A stretch of DNA of 56,146 nucleotides, counting the filler, from Bipalium vagum (lineage: Eukaryota), in NCBI GenBank assembly GCA_037834085.1. It is 3 parts of 3 records of this genome, joined end to end, with 100 filler letters (N's around TTAATTAATTAA, not from the genome) between each part and the next. Parts side by side here need not be neighbours in the genome. Positions count along the whole stretch, not along the records: positions 1 to 15,674 come from JBBMKC010152787.1; 2 more parts are not named here. One strand, written 5' to 3'. Below are positions 1 through 13,031 of the stretch, piece by piece (positions within the stretch are counted from its first letter, which is position 1; every line of letters starts with the position of its first letter). The notes beneath the pieces are model-generated. The model did not search any database, was not told the origin of the DNA, and saw only the letters and a list, made by a program, of their open reading frames with translations. A program made the translations under genes and the position numbers.

Positions 1-1089
1 TATATTAAAAATATTAGCCACGCGAAGGTAATGAATTATTAACGAATATAATTTCTGTATATATTCATTTTTAGTTATAATTATTTTTCTCTAGCTCAGT
101 CAATTAAGTCCGTATCTCAGTCGAGTTGTGATCGAAAAAGAACGACAGTCTTCAAACAAACAAATTTGTTATTTTTATTGCACTGACAGTCTATGATCAG
201 AAATTGAATATCATTATCATTATATTTCATTTATATTTATTATTTATTTATTTTATTCATTAATAATCTCTAAATCATCGCAGGGGAAAAGCATCTCCTT
301 TTCCTTCTCAAATTACAACGACGTGCACTGATATTGAGAATATGATTGTGAATAAATTAAAACAAAATTAAAGCAATAAAAAGTAAAATTAAAACATTAA
401 TATTCCAATGCAAAAAAGAAAATTGATTAAATAAATTAATTTATTACGAAAACTAATTATTTTTTTCAGAAATTCTTTCACAAATTGCAAAAAGAAATGT
501 CCATTGAATCAGAAAATATTTTAAATTAATTCGGATTTTTTGCTCTGCTCTCCTACCATGTCCTCGGGGACGCAAATCCTCTTCGCTGGCAAATATTTTC
601 CACCACAATGTACCAAGCGTTGTGACCACGACAAATTGACAAGACGTTTCAAACAATCTTTCACATTAACCTCAACGTTAAATGTCGAAAAATATAAAGA
701 AAATTAATTTTAACAATGCCGATTAAATCTGTCGATTCAAACAATGACGCACGGAAACCCATGTTTCAATTAACCTCTACATATATTTCATTTAATTATT
801 TAATTAAGAACTTTATTTTATTCGCTAAGTCTACTTTTAACCCCAGTAAAAGGATAATTATAGCAATTAAATTAAATTAATTAATTTTTTATTACTTTCG
901 CACATAAATATTTGTTTAAATAAATTAAAATAAATAAAACTACAAAATTAATTTGAATATTTTTATTTTATTTAAAAAAATTTAATTATTAAAAATTTGA
1001 TAATATAATATAAAGAAGAAAACGCAACGTTACGTATTTTAACGAAATATGTATGATATATTATTTTAAGGATAAGTAGTTGACGAAAT

Positions 1090-1360
1090 TCTTTTTTGTT
1101 AGAGCCCTGATTTGGCTCCCAGTGATTTTTTCTCGTTTCATCACTTAAAGAAGCATCTGCGAGGTCAGAGAATTGAGACTAAAGATGATCTCATACAAAT
1201 AGTTCAAAATTTTTTCAATGAAAAATCTATTGCTTTCTTGAAAAATGGTCTCTTTTCTGTGATAAATCGATGGACTAAATGCCTGGAACCAGAGGGCAGT
1301 TATATATAGAAAAGTGATTAGGTTTATGTACCTATGTAGGTTACTTATCCTAAATACAAA
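1090..1360 (+). mobile_element. Mariner transposase C-terminal remnant
   Basis: ORF 1112-1309 plus upstream codons read SPDLAPSDFFSFHHLKKHLRGQR...RWTKCLEPEGSYI, matching the mariner YSPDLAPSDF..F..LK..L.G..F...RW.KC....G.Y C-terminus. Boundaries approximate. Confidence 0.85.
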
Positions 1361-2789
1361 GTTTTTTTCAGTATGTTTTATTTAAGTGCGAATCTAAAGA
1401 CTTTTTATCCACACCACTTTTGATGAGATTTCGCAGGATTATGCAATCGCATTTTTATGTAATCTAAGGTTCACATATGAAATATTAATATAATATACAA
1501 TAACAACCTTTTTTGCATTTAGTCCCTGATGATTGGTCAGTTTTTCTTAATTTTCATACTGCCCTACTCAAAATTCATGCAGGAAATAATTGTATGAGGA
1601 TTAATTTACATGCCTGAACATTAATAGATTGAACTTCATAATGACATGGTAATGACATCTTCGGGTTTTATTTAACAGGTATGGATCTTCAGATACGAGA
1701 CCAATTATTGAAATTTTTTTTTAAAAATATTAGATTGTTCCAACATTTTTGCACGTGTTTTGTTTATATACATTAAAATTGTAAATAATTCAAATAACTC
1801 ATTCAAAGATTATTTAATATTATATTGCATTTATAAACCTTTATATTGGTCTCTTAAAAGTATTGATCTGTTTTTTCTTTTATATTAAAATTTGACTATC
1901 TTTCTCACATTTTAATGTAAGATGTCGTGTCTCGATTTGCGTCAAATTTATTTTTATCAGTTTTGACTGTTTTAAAATGAATGTATAGTAAACGTGCAAA
2001 ATTTTCTGAACAACCTAATAATTAATGTGCACCTGCTACACTTCGTCCATACAAAAATTTTTTCAAATTGCCCAAGAGCCCTTGCAAGGCAGCAATTATT
2101 ACCATATTAATCAAAACACTAAAATTGATTGAAAGTTGCTTTTGTTTTAAAATTTTTTCAATTTTTTAAATGATATTCAATCTTTGGGAGCATTTCTAAA
2201 TATAAGACTAAAATCTATACTGTATTACCGAAATTGAAACCAATTATGCAAGGATACCAAAAGGTATGTGATGATTTTATGTTAAAGATAGTTCAAGAAA
2301 CATAAAGCTTGTAATTTATCTTTCCAAGATATATGCCTTGGTGATATCGAAATAAAAAGTGAAAGCTCACTTAGCCAAATGCTTCATCAGTGTAATTTTA
2401 TAAAGTTGGATCATGAAGTAATCAGAGAAGTGGGAATTCAAGAAAGGAAATGATTATTACTTTACCCATAAATTTGATGAAATAAAGTTTAGCAAATAAA
2501 AAAATAATTATTATGTAATGAAGAAATGAGACTTGCTTAAGTCATTCGGGAAGTTACTGTCTATTAAAAACTGAAGCTTTTTTTTTTTATTAGAAATGTA
2601 TTGTCCTTCTGGCTCAAAACACTTCTGTCTTCAACAATCCAAAGATCCAATAGTTTTTGCCAAGTCACCGAACTATTATCACATCAGACGTTGTCACTGG
2701 ATGGTCTGGTTTCAAAGTAATAGCCTAATTCATCTTCTGTTTTTTTCTTAATTTTTACTTTGAAGTAATCTTGAAATTAATGATTTTTT

Positions 2790-2950
2790 CTTTAGTAGCC
2801 GATGAAAAAAATTATATCCTACCAGACTCACAGCACAGGGAGCATCACTTTTTTTTCGGGGAACGTTGCCTTGTGAGTTAGTTCATTTTCTGTGGTCCAT
2901 GAGTGCTTTCAGCTGTAGTAATGTAGGAAATCCAGTGCTATTATCCTATT
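2790..2950 (-). mobile_element. Short mariner transposase fragment
   Basis: Minus-strand reading HSWTTENE...FPEKKVML..., followed by GII-like codons, resembles the mariner PK..LHPKKVMLCVWWD..GII segment. Degenerate. Confidence 0.45.
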
Positions 2951-3219
2951 TTAAAATGATCACTTTATTCATGTTTATTTAACTACAGCCTTAAGTTTAT
3001 TATCATCATCTTTGGTTAACCTTCCAGAACGTAGAAAATCTTAAAAAATAAATTTTTCTTGAACTAAATCTAAAAATCGATACTTATCACAAAGAGTCTG
3101 TTATTGAATCTTATATAGTCTTTGACTGGCTTGTGTGGTACGTTTTTTTATTTTAAAAAATATTAATGCAATTAAATTTTCTCAGCTTTTGTTAATTTTT
3201 TAATGCTCTGTTTATGCGG

Positions 3220-3800
3220 TTTAAAGGGCGATGTGATAGAAATTGCATGATATCTGGCACGTGAAAAAAGCTCTGTTCAAATGAATTAGAGTTATAAGCC
3301 AGATGTATCATAGATTGAAAGGTGGAAAAAGCTGTACAATATTAATTACAAGCGCATTATAGGAGAAAAAGAAAGTGCTGACATTTCTGCAGCTGATTCT
3401 TACATTGTCACCACATTACCAAAATTAGTTACCGGATATGTTGCTAGAAATGTATATAACGTAGATGAGACCGCATTATTTTTTATAAATTTTACATTAG
3501 CGAATATTTTCAGGAAAACAATCTTAGTGCTGAAATGGAATTAACTTTGTAATTGAAGATAGCATCTTAAATAAACTTGAATGCCATAAGCAGTTATCCA
3601 TACCGGGTTTCTTTAAAACCAATTAAATGATATGAATGTTTAATTAGTATTTTAGAATCAATACTCCTTTTTAAAATTAATATTGCACAACAATCATTAC
3701 GTAATTGTATTAAGTAAACTTCTTTTAATACGTCATATCGGTTATTACCATATTTTTTTCGATGTCCCGGCAATATCGTATAAAAGCGAAGTCTGCTGTA
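3220..3800 (+). mobile_element. pogo/Tigger (CENP-B HTH + DDE_1) transposon remnant
   Basis: About 3313-3490 translates IERWKKLYNINYKRIIGEKESADISAADSYIVTTLPKLVTGYVARNVYNVDETALFF, the TIGD/Tigger W..RFK.R..I....I.GE..SAD...YN.DET.LF motif. A Tigger-like terminus ...ATCGTATAAAAGCGAAGTCTGCTG|TA ends at about 3798-3800. Confidence 0.85.
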
Positions 3801-4509
3801 TTTTATTATTTATTATGAAAACTTAACAATAAGTATATCGAACAAAACACATCTATTGTAAAGAATATTGAATTAATAATTTAAAACTTTCTTTGTTGAT
3901 TAAAATTAAATTAATAACAATAACAAGAAAAACAGAAATAACTTTCGAATAAATTAATAATTACCTTATTATTATTATTAATAATAGTAATAATAAGAAA
4001 CAAAATTAATAATTATAAATATTTTAAATGTTAATATTATTAAATATTCAATATAATAATGTTATTATTATTTTCATAATTTTATTAAAACTTTTTTTTG
4101 TATGCATTAAGGTAAAGTGGAGTTCAGCAATTATTTTATTAATTAAAATCAGATTATCGTCTCTGACATTATAAAAAATAACATTTTAACGGAAATGAAC
4201 ATTATATTAAAATAAATAAATTATTAATTTCATCAAATTTCCGATAGATCTTCAATTAGAATTGTCTACATTTACAGAATTAGACAGAGATTAATGAAAG
4301 TTAATGTTCCAGAAATAATTTTTTTTTGAATTTTGAATTATTTTAATTTTATTTTTTTTTGTTAAAACAGCTTTAATGAAATTTAAAACAAAATATTTAC
4401 AAACTTAAAAAATTAAAATAATTATTTCAGAAAAAAAGATAAAAGTAATACATTAAAAAAAGAGAAAAAATGTTTAAGTAAAAATTGAAAAAATATTTTT
4501 GAAAATCTA

Positions 4510-5774
4510 ATGACAAAACATGGCTTACACAAAATAAAACATTTTTATAAAAATGTTTAAATTGGTTAACATTTATTACCTTTTTAATATTTAAGCTATT
4601 GCACGTAATATGTATGTAATTTGGTGTTTTTGTTCTTTTTTTTTTAATAATTCAAGTTATAAATAAAATGACTAAGACAAATTTAAATGTCGAAATAAAA
4701 AATCGGATATGTGGCCTTTGTTACACAAAATTGTCATCCTGAAATGCAGAATATTTTGAAGAAACATGGTATTCAAATTCCATTATCCACAATACAAAGA
4801 ATTGGCTAACAGTTCAAGACAGTTCAATGAAAACCAGGCTCAGACAGACCCAAATAAACTACAAGTCGATATAACAATAGACTGAAATTTGAGGTCACTA
4901 AAGATCGTAAGAAAACTATTACAAAATTAGCTGAGGAAAAAATTTCCAAGACGAGTCAAAGAATGTGGGTTTGCATCTATGTGTTGCTGCATGGAAACCA
5001 TTTTATTCAAAAAAGAATATTAAAGACAGATTACATTTTTATAATCTTTACGGTATGTATGATTCTCAGTGGTTTCAATATGTGTTCTGGAGTGATGAGT
5101 GTCGAATTGAATTTCATAAAGATGCCCCTGAACGCTGATTCGATGATCAACTGAAAAATATGTAATGGAATGTATTTCCACCTCAAAAAACATAGCGCTG
5201 GGAGAATTATGGTTTGGGGAATATTCTCAGTATCTGGAGTTGGTGAGCTTATAAGATGTACTGGGTCAATTAATCTCAAAGAGTACCAAAGGATATTAGA
5301 TATTGGATTGCTTCCAAGCATCGAGAAGTTATGCACGGTAAATGAAAGACGTGTTATTTTCCAACAGGGCAATGCACCGGTGCACACAGCAAAACCCACA
5401 AAAGCATGGTTGATGAAAAAATGTGTACCGGTTATGTTTTGGCCTGGACAATCGCTAGATCTTAATCCCATTGAGAATATATGGGCATACATAAAGGCAA
5501 AAACTAGCCGGGAAAAATTTCAATATTGCTGACCAACTGTGGAAAGCAGTCGAGAAAGAATGGAAAATCATTAATACAGAACATTGTCAGAGACTATCAT
5601 ATAGCCTACCCAAACGGCTCAAGTTGCTTAAATTGGCCAAATGAAAATGTATCCCTTATTGACATTTTTTATTTAGTTAATGATATATTGTTTGAAAAGT
5701 TTTGTAAAATTGTTAAAATAAATGTCATAATATATGATATAAATTATGTAAGCCTCATTTTTTGTCCAGGTGTG
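4510..5774 (+). mobile_element. Degenerate near-full-length Tc1-like (DD34E) transposon
   Basis: Frameshifted transposase from ATG at about 4669: WSDESRIEF, IMVWGIFSVSGVGELIRCTGSIN, IFQQGNAPVH (D>G), WPGQSLDLNPIENIW. Right TIR ...TTTTGTCCAGGTGTG followed by TA (5775-5776), with a decayed left copy near 4510-4535. Confidence 0.9.
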
Positions 5775-7608
5775 TAATTGTTATGCTTACAAAATATCTG
5801 TATTGTCATAGTTAAAAAGGCAACTAAGCCATTATATTTTATAGATAACAATGACAGAAAAGAGACCAAGTTTTAATTGATTAAAATATAATTATTTAAT
5901 TTTAATTTAATACAAAATATTTTGATGGAGATAGGGTGAAGGCCATGTCTAGAGGTACATCGTTCTTTGGTTTGAAAAGATGATATTCACAATGTATAAG
6001 TGCCAAATTTTGTGTAAATGTTTTGTATATGATTTTTCAAATAAAAATGTAAAGTGTAAGAATATATATATTAAAATTACATTAAGACTACTTCAGTATT
6101 TATTTAAATACGTTTTTAAAAATATAACAAAAATTTTTAGAATACCGAGTATCCACTAAAATTTTATAATAATGTAATAGAAAGATCAAAGTTTACAACG
6201 TTGTCATGATTGATAAATGTAATTGATATCTTATTAAATATTTTTTATAGATTCAATTGATTTGTATTTCCTTTTTAGATATTAATCAAAATTATATAAT
6301 AATGAGTCATAATAATGGCATATTAATAAAACACGCTAAAGAGGCGTCAAGGATTGAAAACTTAGTTTCTGAATTAATGGAAATAGTAGAAAATTATCAT
6401 GTTCAAATTGATATTTTAGATGAAAAAGTGAAAATGTGTTTTGATATTTTTTGACCATCTCACATTAATTAGAAATAGAGATGAATTTCTTAAATCATAA
6501 GTATAAATAATCTTAAAAAAGAAAACCCTCCAGAAATACGTTTTATTAAAGATTTTTTAGTGGGAGGCGGATTCTGAAAAGAAACGTGCATAGATATGAT
6601 TGGGAAAAAACGACTATTGGGTTATCAACTCATTAATCGTTATGTATTAGTTTGGAAAAATTATATATAAATATATCTAGTAACACATTAAAACTGATCG
6701 ATACTGTACAGCCATGCTAAAATTAAATATTTCTAAAATGTAAGTTTCTTAAAGAAGATTTAGAAATAAGACGCTTATTGTTGATTATTAAAAGTAGTTA
6801 AACATTTTTTATATTTAAAACTATTATGAAACTTAGGTAAATATATGTTATAAGAAATTTTGGAAACAATGAAAACTTATTATTTCAGCTATCAGAACAT
6901 AGAAAATTTTAATTTTAAAATCATATTTATGTTGCAATGTTGCGGTTTTAATAGTATTATAATACTTAAAATAAAAATCATTTAAATTTTAATTAAGGGT
7001 ATTTGTTTTAAATTCTCCGTAATAATAATAATTCAAGGTCATTCTATAAATAGAATTTGATAATTTTAAATATAAATATAGAATTAAGTATTAAACAAAT
7101 TTATAAAACAAGATTCTTGTAGTTAGAAAGAAGATGTTTTTAATAATTACGAAATAAATTATTAAAATAAACTCAGACTCCTGGAACATAAACCGATAGA
7201 TAATCATAAAACCATTTAAGTACAATTTTACAACTTTACAGAAAATGTAATTTGGAATTTATGAACAATTTTAAATTACAAATTTAAACAAAAAATTAGG
7301 GAAATAAGGTAGATTTTTCTTGTGAGTAATAAATGTCATTTATTAAATCTGTGGGAACGCATTAAGATTTAATTTTCGAATAAAATGATAAATTAGCTAA
7401 TTAAAAAATATTTAGTGTCGATAAATTTAATTTTTCAATACTTTCAGGTTTCGATCAAAAATATTCTTCCTGCTGTGATCGACATTAATTAAAATCCAAT
7501 TTTCCAGTTGATCTCAGGAATTTATGCCAATGGTTTTGTGTTAAAAATATTAATAAAATAATTAGAGAAAATTTTTCATAATTACTGCTGACCGATCCTT
7601 TTCAAATA

Positions 7609-8210
7609 CACGGTGTCTTAAGAGAATGTTACCCCTCTTAAAAGTAAATATTCTACATTGTTTAGTTAAGGTCAATATTGTTTTTTGTAATTTTAATAAA
7701 CAATCATATATAAAAGTATGAAAAAATCAGGGAAATGTGTACAATTTATGAGATACGGTCTATAGCATCAATTTACGATAATTTATTAAAACACGTGTTC
7801 AAAAGGAAAATCCTCTCGGCTTAAATATTGTTGATATGGTTAAACGATTGAAAAACTTTAAAAGTTATAATAATATCTTTTGGAATTTGCACACATTCTC
7901 AGTGTATTGAAGTTTTAGTTCCTTAAAAGCCGCTGGTGTTGTGCTATAAACCTTATCCTTCGTATAATCCAAATGAGTAGCCTAATAAGTTGGATTGTTA
8001 ATAAAAAAAATTAACAATCTCGTGTAAAACTGGCCTCGTCACTCCAGGTATTCTGTCTTGAAAAATATACATCACAATTGCATTTTTCTAAGTATCATTC
8101 ACAAAAATCTATTTCATTGTCTGGACTATCTTCTGATAGAGCATTAACCAATCTGGTGATATAACTTTCAAATTATTACCTTTTAAAAATTGATAGCATT
8201 TTTTGAGACC
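7609..8210 (-). mobile_element. Tc1/mariner (rosa/maT-like) remnant
   Basis: TA|CACGGTGTC... terminus at 7607-7620. The minus strand at about 7895-7975 reads YTKDKVYSTTPAAFKELK, like WGYLK.KVY...P....ELK. Confidence 0.6.
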
Positions 8211-8518
8211 CCTAGAAAAAATGTTCTTTTAGAAATTTTGTTTATCTTGGAATAAAATTTCACAATAACCGAGGAATAAACAAAAAAAATGAAAAAATGA
8301 CTCGAAATCAAAAATGAGTGATATACGATAGGAAAACAATAATATGACACTTCTCAGTGAGGCTTAAGGTAATCCATAAAATATTAAAAGCTTTTAAAGC
8401 CCTTATCATAGAGAGGAGAGGCTTAGATTTCTCCATTTGGATCAGATCTTCAGAATTTTTTATAGTAGAATATTTTGCAACAAAACATCAATGTTTATTT
8501 CACTTCGAAGTAAAATGG

Positions 8519-8850
8519 TAAGGTTCAAAAATAATTCGCTTTTTTCAGTCATTTATTGGACATTATTTTAACGATTTATCTTTTGTTTTGTAGCGCTTAT
8601 TACGCATATCCTTTAACAGTGCACATTTGAACCTACATTTGTTTAAATTAAACTTTTTAATTTACGCTATAATAATGTGTTTAGTAATTATAGAACTCAC
8701 CATGAAAAAGAAGTAGTTACACTCAATTTCCTTTTACGAATTTAAGCTGGGTCATAAAGGAGAACACACCAGTCTTAACATCAACTTTGCATTCGGACAA
8801 GAAACAACATACAAACCCATGCTTTAACGTTTTGATTGGGACTCCGATTG
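8519..8850 (+). mobile_element. Mariner (Hsmar1/cecropia-like) 5' remnant
   Basis: 8702 onward reads MKKK*LHSISFYEFKLGHKGEHTSLNINFAFGQET, matching the M.KK..R.IFLYEFK.G.KA.ET.RNIN.AFG HTH start. A decayed TIR-like TAAGGTTCAAAAATAATTCGCTTTTT lies at about 8519. Confidence 0.75.
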
Positions 8851-10019
8851 GAAAACTGGTATTTTTTTCAACGGGCATAAATAAGCTTAACTTGTTGGTT
8901 AACGTGTTTTGAATCGAATGGTTATTATTTCGATTAATTATGTTTTGTTCTTATTAAAATATATGCATTTGAAGATCAATGTTATAAAGCGATATTATTC
9001 TTTAACAACCCAAGAAAAATTTCAATTTTTCGAAGAATCCTTCAAGAAAAATCTTGAAAGTGACTGCTTTAGTCAATCAAAAAGTGATACATATACAGAA
9101 AGATGATTTAGAACTGTTCCTAATACTCATGTCTGGAATAAAATTTTCCTTTCGTCTTTTCCAATGAACCGGAAAATTATCCCAACATTAAAACAAAAGA
9201 AGTTGCGCCAGACCCCAAACTTCTTTAATGAGCATGGGCATGTAGCATTTGTGAGCAGCCTGAAAAAGAAAATTCCAACGGAATCGCTGTCTTCCTCTCA
9301 GTTTTGGTAAATATCACCATGCCAAATGCGCAATGAGCGATTTTATATTGAATGACAAATGAATAAATAAATAAATAAATAAATAATTTAAGACTTTAAA
9401 TCGTTGAGCGAAAATTTTCTCTTTCAGATAATAATGCTCATCCAAATAATTTACTAAATTGTCAAGATCGGATTATTTCAATGATCCTTACTCCGCTGAA
9501 TGGAAGGAAATTTTATCAATTTCACCCATTCCCGAAACCTTGATTAAGTCAATCAGAATTAATACAAATTTCATAAATATTTTCAATAAAATATTATTAT
9601 AAACGATTCCCAGTGAATTCTTTGATAAAATAATCACTAATCATAGGAGTAATAATAGTAAAAATAATATTAATTAAAAAAAATATTCAAAACTTGCGCG
9701 TTTGTTAAAAGTATTTAAACAAAACCGTGTTTTGATTAAGAACTAAATTTACGGTGGTGAAAAAATTGTTAAGTGATCGAGAAGGAAACATCTTAAAGTG
9801 ACCCTTTATCTGTGATCCATCCATTCTTTCAAAGGAAATTGGTTTCGTGTAATGATGGTCAGGACATTATGATCTTTAACTTTATAGTTTCAAGGTTATA
9901 CATGGTTTTTGGATATCACTTTCTACATCTTATGATATTTTCTTAATTTTTTAGATTACCTTTGAGAACGGATTTGCTTCTATAATCTCATCGGATAAAA
10001 TCATGATGCAGACCAGAAG

Positions 10020-10540
10020 ACGTATAGCAGATGTGTTTGTTTGGATTGTCAGGGAGTAATACACTTCGAAATTTTGTCAAAGAGGAAAGGAATTAAATAG
10101 GATATTTACACTGATCAAAATTCAACAAGGAAACCCAAGTCAATTTGCCAAAATTGGCAACCTTTAAAGGCATTGTTTTTCAACATGAAAATGCAAAAAC
10201 CGTATAGTTTTTTGGGCATCGCAAAAATTATTCAACCTCATTGGGACGGTCGCCACATTCAATATATAGCACCGATCTTGTCTTTTTGGATTACCACTTG
10301 TTTCGTTTTATTCTTGAAACTTTTACTTATGATGATGACGTCAGACCCGATATGTTACAACTTATTGCAGAGAAACCCAAGAGCTTTTTGAGTGTGAAAT
10401 ATTTATGCTTCCTGGAGGATGGCTGCAGGCCCTTGATAAAAATTGATATTCCTAATTTTATAAAAATTTATTCTCTCATATAATTTCCTGTCTTTTGCTT
10501 CTTCAAAATAATTGGCAATTACTTTCTGGCCAACGCAATA
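10020..10540 (+). mobile_element. Mariner 3' half remnant with right TIR
   Basis: Reads CVCLDCQGVIHFEIL, LFFNMKMQ/HEN (HDNA region) and PHSIYSTDLVFLDYHLFRF (YSPDLAPSDYHLF). Ends in GCAATTACTTTCTGGCCAACGCAA|TA, a typical mariner TIR plus TA. Confidence 0.85.
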
Positions 10541-10997
10541 CTCTTATGCTAAAGATTGATCGAATGAATCACGTGAAATGTTCCTGAAAAGGGCATTGCT
10601 AAAATTATCTTTTAAAGTTTAATCAAATATTCAAACTAAGGAAGAACGGAAAAATACCACCATGAAGATATTTTGTGTTGAAATAAAAGTTACTGTCAGT
10701 CGCGGGTTATAAATTTGGTTAATATCGAAAACTGATAATTTGGCGAACCTTAAATTTCCGAAGGATGATAACATCAAGAGATTCCTTAAAGACCGCACCA
10801 AGTTCTTTGATTGAATATGTTTGTAATAAAAGAGAGAACAAGATTTATTGATAGTAGACCTAATCTATCGAGAGTTAAGGGATGTCTCTTTGGGCCGAGA
10901 CGAATCTCCTAAGATTTCTCGATCTCGCCAAAAATGATTTTATAACATATTTTATTAGAAAAATGAAAAATAAATATTTTAAATATCCAATCCTTAC

Positions 10998-11396
10998 CTG
11001 ACCACTAATCAATGCCGCACAGATCATGAGTTGGGATTTTGGAGAAATACACGGGGGTCTTTTCGCTGTTTTCTGAGCAGATTCAAATATGCGAGCAATA
11101 CGATTTGTTTTGGTTAATAATGAAGCGTACATCATAGCAAAACCTAACCCAAGTAAGATTCTTTGAATGGCACACGTTACGACCGTTGGTTTTAAAAGAA
11201 ATATGAAGGATACCAAATAGCAAACCAAACATCCAGACAGTATCACAAATGAAAGCTCTCGTCCTGACGCTCTGACAATTGGAGTGTTTTTGTAATAATA
11301 AAATACACCAATAACAAAGGATGTTGTGGCACATCCTAGAAAACTCAAGATCATTGGAATGATTGCGAACCAGCTGTTAAGCTTCATGTATAGCAC
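10998..11396 (-). CDS. Internal exon of a metabotropic glutamate receptor (class C GPCR, group II-like), TM1-TM4
   Basis: 399-nt phase-0/phase-0 exon bounded by ttccctcAG and GTaagg. Encodes VLYMKLNSWFAIIP...TPIVRASGRELSF...LLTKTNRIARIF...RPPCISPKSQL...ISGQ. TP.V.ASGREL, LLTKTNRIARIF and ISP.SQ are mGluR hallmarks; RIARIF fits mGluR2/3 and Drosophila mGluRA best. Confidence 0.95.
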
Positions 11397-12756
11397 CTGA
11401 GGGAAATAAAACACGTTTATCATTATATAATATTGTTTGTTATCAGACATAAAATTAATTTTATTCCCAAAGGGTTGATGTAAAACCTTGCTTGAATGTA
11501 GTGATCATCTTTAATGTTAAATTATTTAAGATGACTGGTTATTTGACATAAAAACAGGAAAACCACATGAACCTTTCTACAAATCATATTTTTTGACTTA
11601 CTAAGAATCTTTATCACAGTCACCTAGAAGAAAAATTCAAAACCAAATATTCAGTACGATTCAAGGTGAGACATCTCTTATTGATAATTAACTTGTGACG
11701 TCTGTTAATCTGGATAAGTCTTTGTGGTCTGACCTTGCACAGCGCATAAGATAAAAGACACAAAATTGTCTAAAGAATTGAATTTGTGTTGATGGTAAAA
11801 CTTGTTGACACGGCCAACGCTCCAGAAATTTGTTCGGTCGATGATTTTTGGATGAAACCAAGTGTGTGAGGTAGGCTAATAATTTACGAGACAAAGATTT
11901 ACAGCAACTTGCGAATCGCTTACGTCACGTGTTCAAGAAAGTCAGCATTACCAAAAAATATCGATTTGACAAAGCTTGCTTCACTGTGTGACATTGGTAG
12001 TCTTTGATTTTAATCTAATTTTAGAAAGTATTTTGTGTAGTGGTAAAAATTTTGTCCAGAATAAAATGTGTTGTTTTATTAAAACGTTTTCGTATTTTTA
12101 TTTTATCAAGATTAATAGGCGTCCCATAAAATCTAATAACCAGAGCCATCTTTTTCATTATTTCATGAAAATCAAATTTGAGTCATTCACTTCTCTGATA
12201 TAAAGAATAATTCTTATCAGAAAAACATTTTCTTTTTCCTCAGTCATTAACAGGTCTTAGCAGTAAACCCTTTGAAAAAAGCTAGAAGATCAACAAACGG
12301 TTGTCATAGATTTACGTAATATAAAAAATAGTATTGAATATTTTCTATGCCTCCTCTGACCCATCTGTTGCGATGAACATCTTTCGGGAGAGAAGCGGTT
12401 TTTCGGTGTTTTCGGTGTGTTCTAACGTTTATTTAATCCATTATTATACAAAACGATAATTAAATAATAACAGATAAAACGAATTGGTTGGAAACGGGTA
12501 AAAACTGTCATTTTATTTGGGAATATCTCGAAAAGTATTTGATGACACTACAAATATTTCTTGCAAAATTGCCGAAAGGAAATTATAAAAATATTAAATT
12601 ATTTATTTTTTGACATTTGTCACAAGAAAAAAATTGGAAAAAGAATAATTAATTAATTAATACGAAATTAATTCAGACATTAATTACTGACTTTTTCATT
12701 GATTAGAATATTGATTGAGCCCGAAGGACCAACGATGAATTAATATTGATATTTGA

Positions 12757-12880
12757 ATAAAATAATAATGATAATAATAATAATAACAATAACAATAACA
12801 ATAATAATAATATTATTATTAATAATAACCATAATAATGATAATAATAATAAAAATAATGATATTAATAATAATAAGAAG
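12757..12880. repeat. Imperfect (AAT/AAC)n microsatellite
   Basis: Runs of aat/aac trinucleotides; source of the spurious poly-Ile ORF 12753-12962. Confidence 0.9.
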
Positions 12881-13031
12881 AATGAAAATAGTAATTATAT
12901 ATATAATTAAAAAAACTTTTTTAATTTTTAATTTTAAAATCCCATTTATATTTCTAATGTAGTGGATTATAAATATTAAAAATAGTTTTTTAAAATAATA
13001 AGAATTAATTATAAATATTTTGTTTTAAATA

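Noticed and set aside
2660-2725. TIITSD...GWSGF, Merlin/IS1595-like motif
   Set aside because: A single short motif with wrong spacing; insufficient support.
5031-5492. 153-aa minus-strand ORF (also 13129-13497 and 38178-38504)
   Set aside because: Antisense shadows of transposase relics, with no independent protein features.
10875-11450. ORF-track 191-aa protein as a standalone gene
   Set aside because: Only 10998-11396 is mGluR-like; the ends are intronic read-through beyond clear splice sites.
12711-12740. TTGATTGAGCCCGAAGGACCAAC resembling a minimal hammerhead ribozyme core
   Set aside because: Lacks the required CTGANGA and GAAA boxes and pairing stems I/III.
12753-12962. Poly-Ile ORF (and poly-Ile/Leu ORF 25171-25437)
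   Set aside because: Translations of AAT/ATT microsatellites; the second is also antisense to RSPH9 exon 4.
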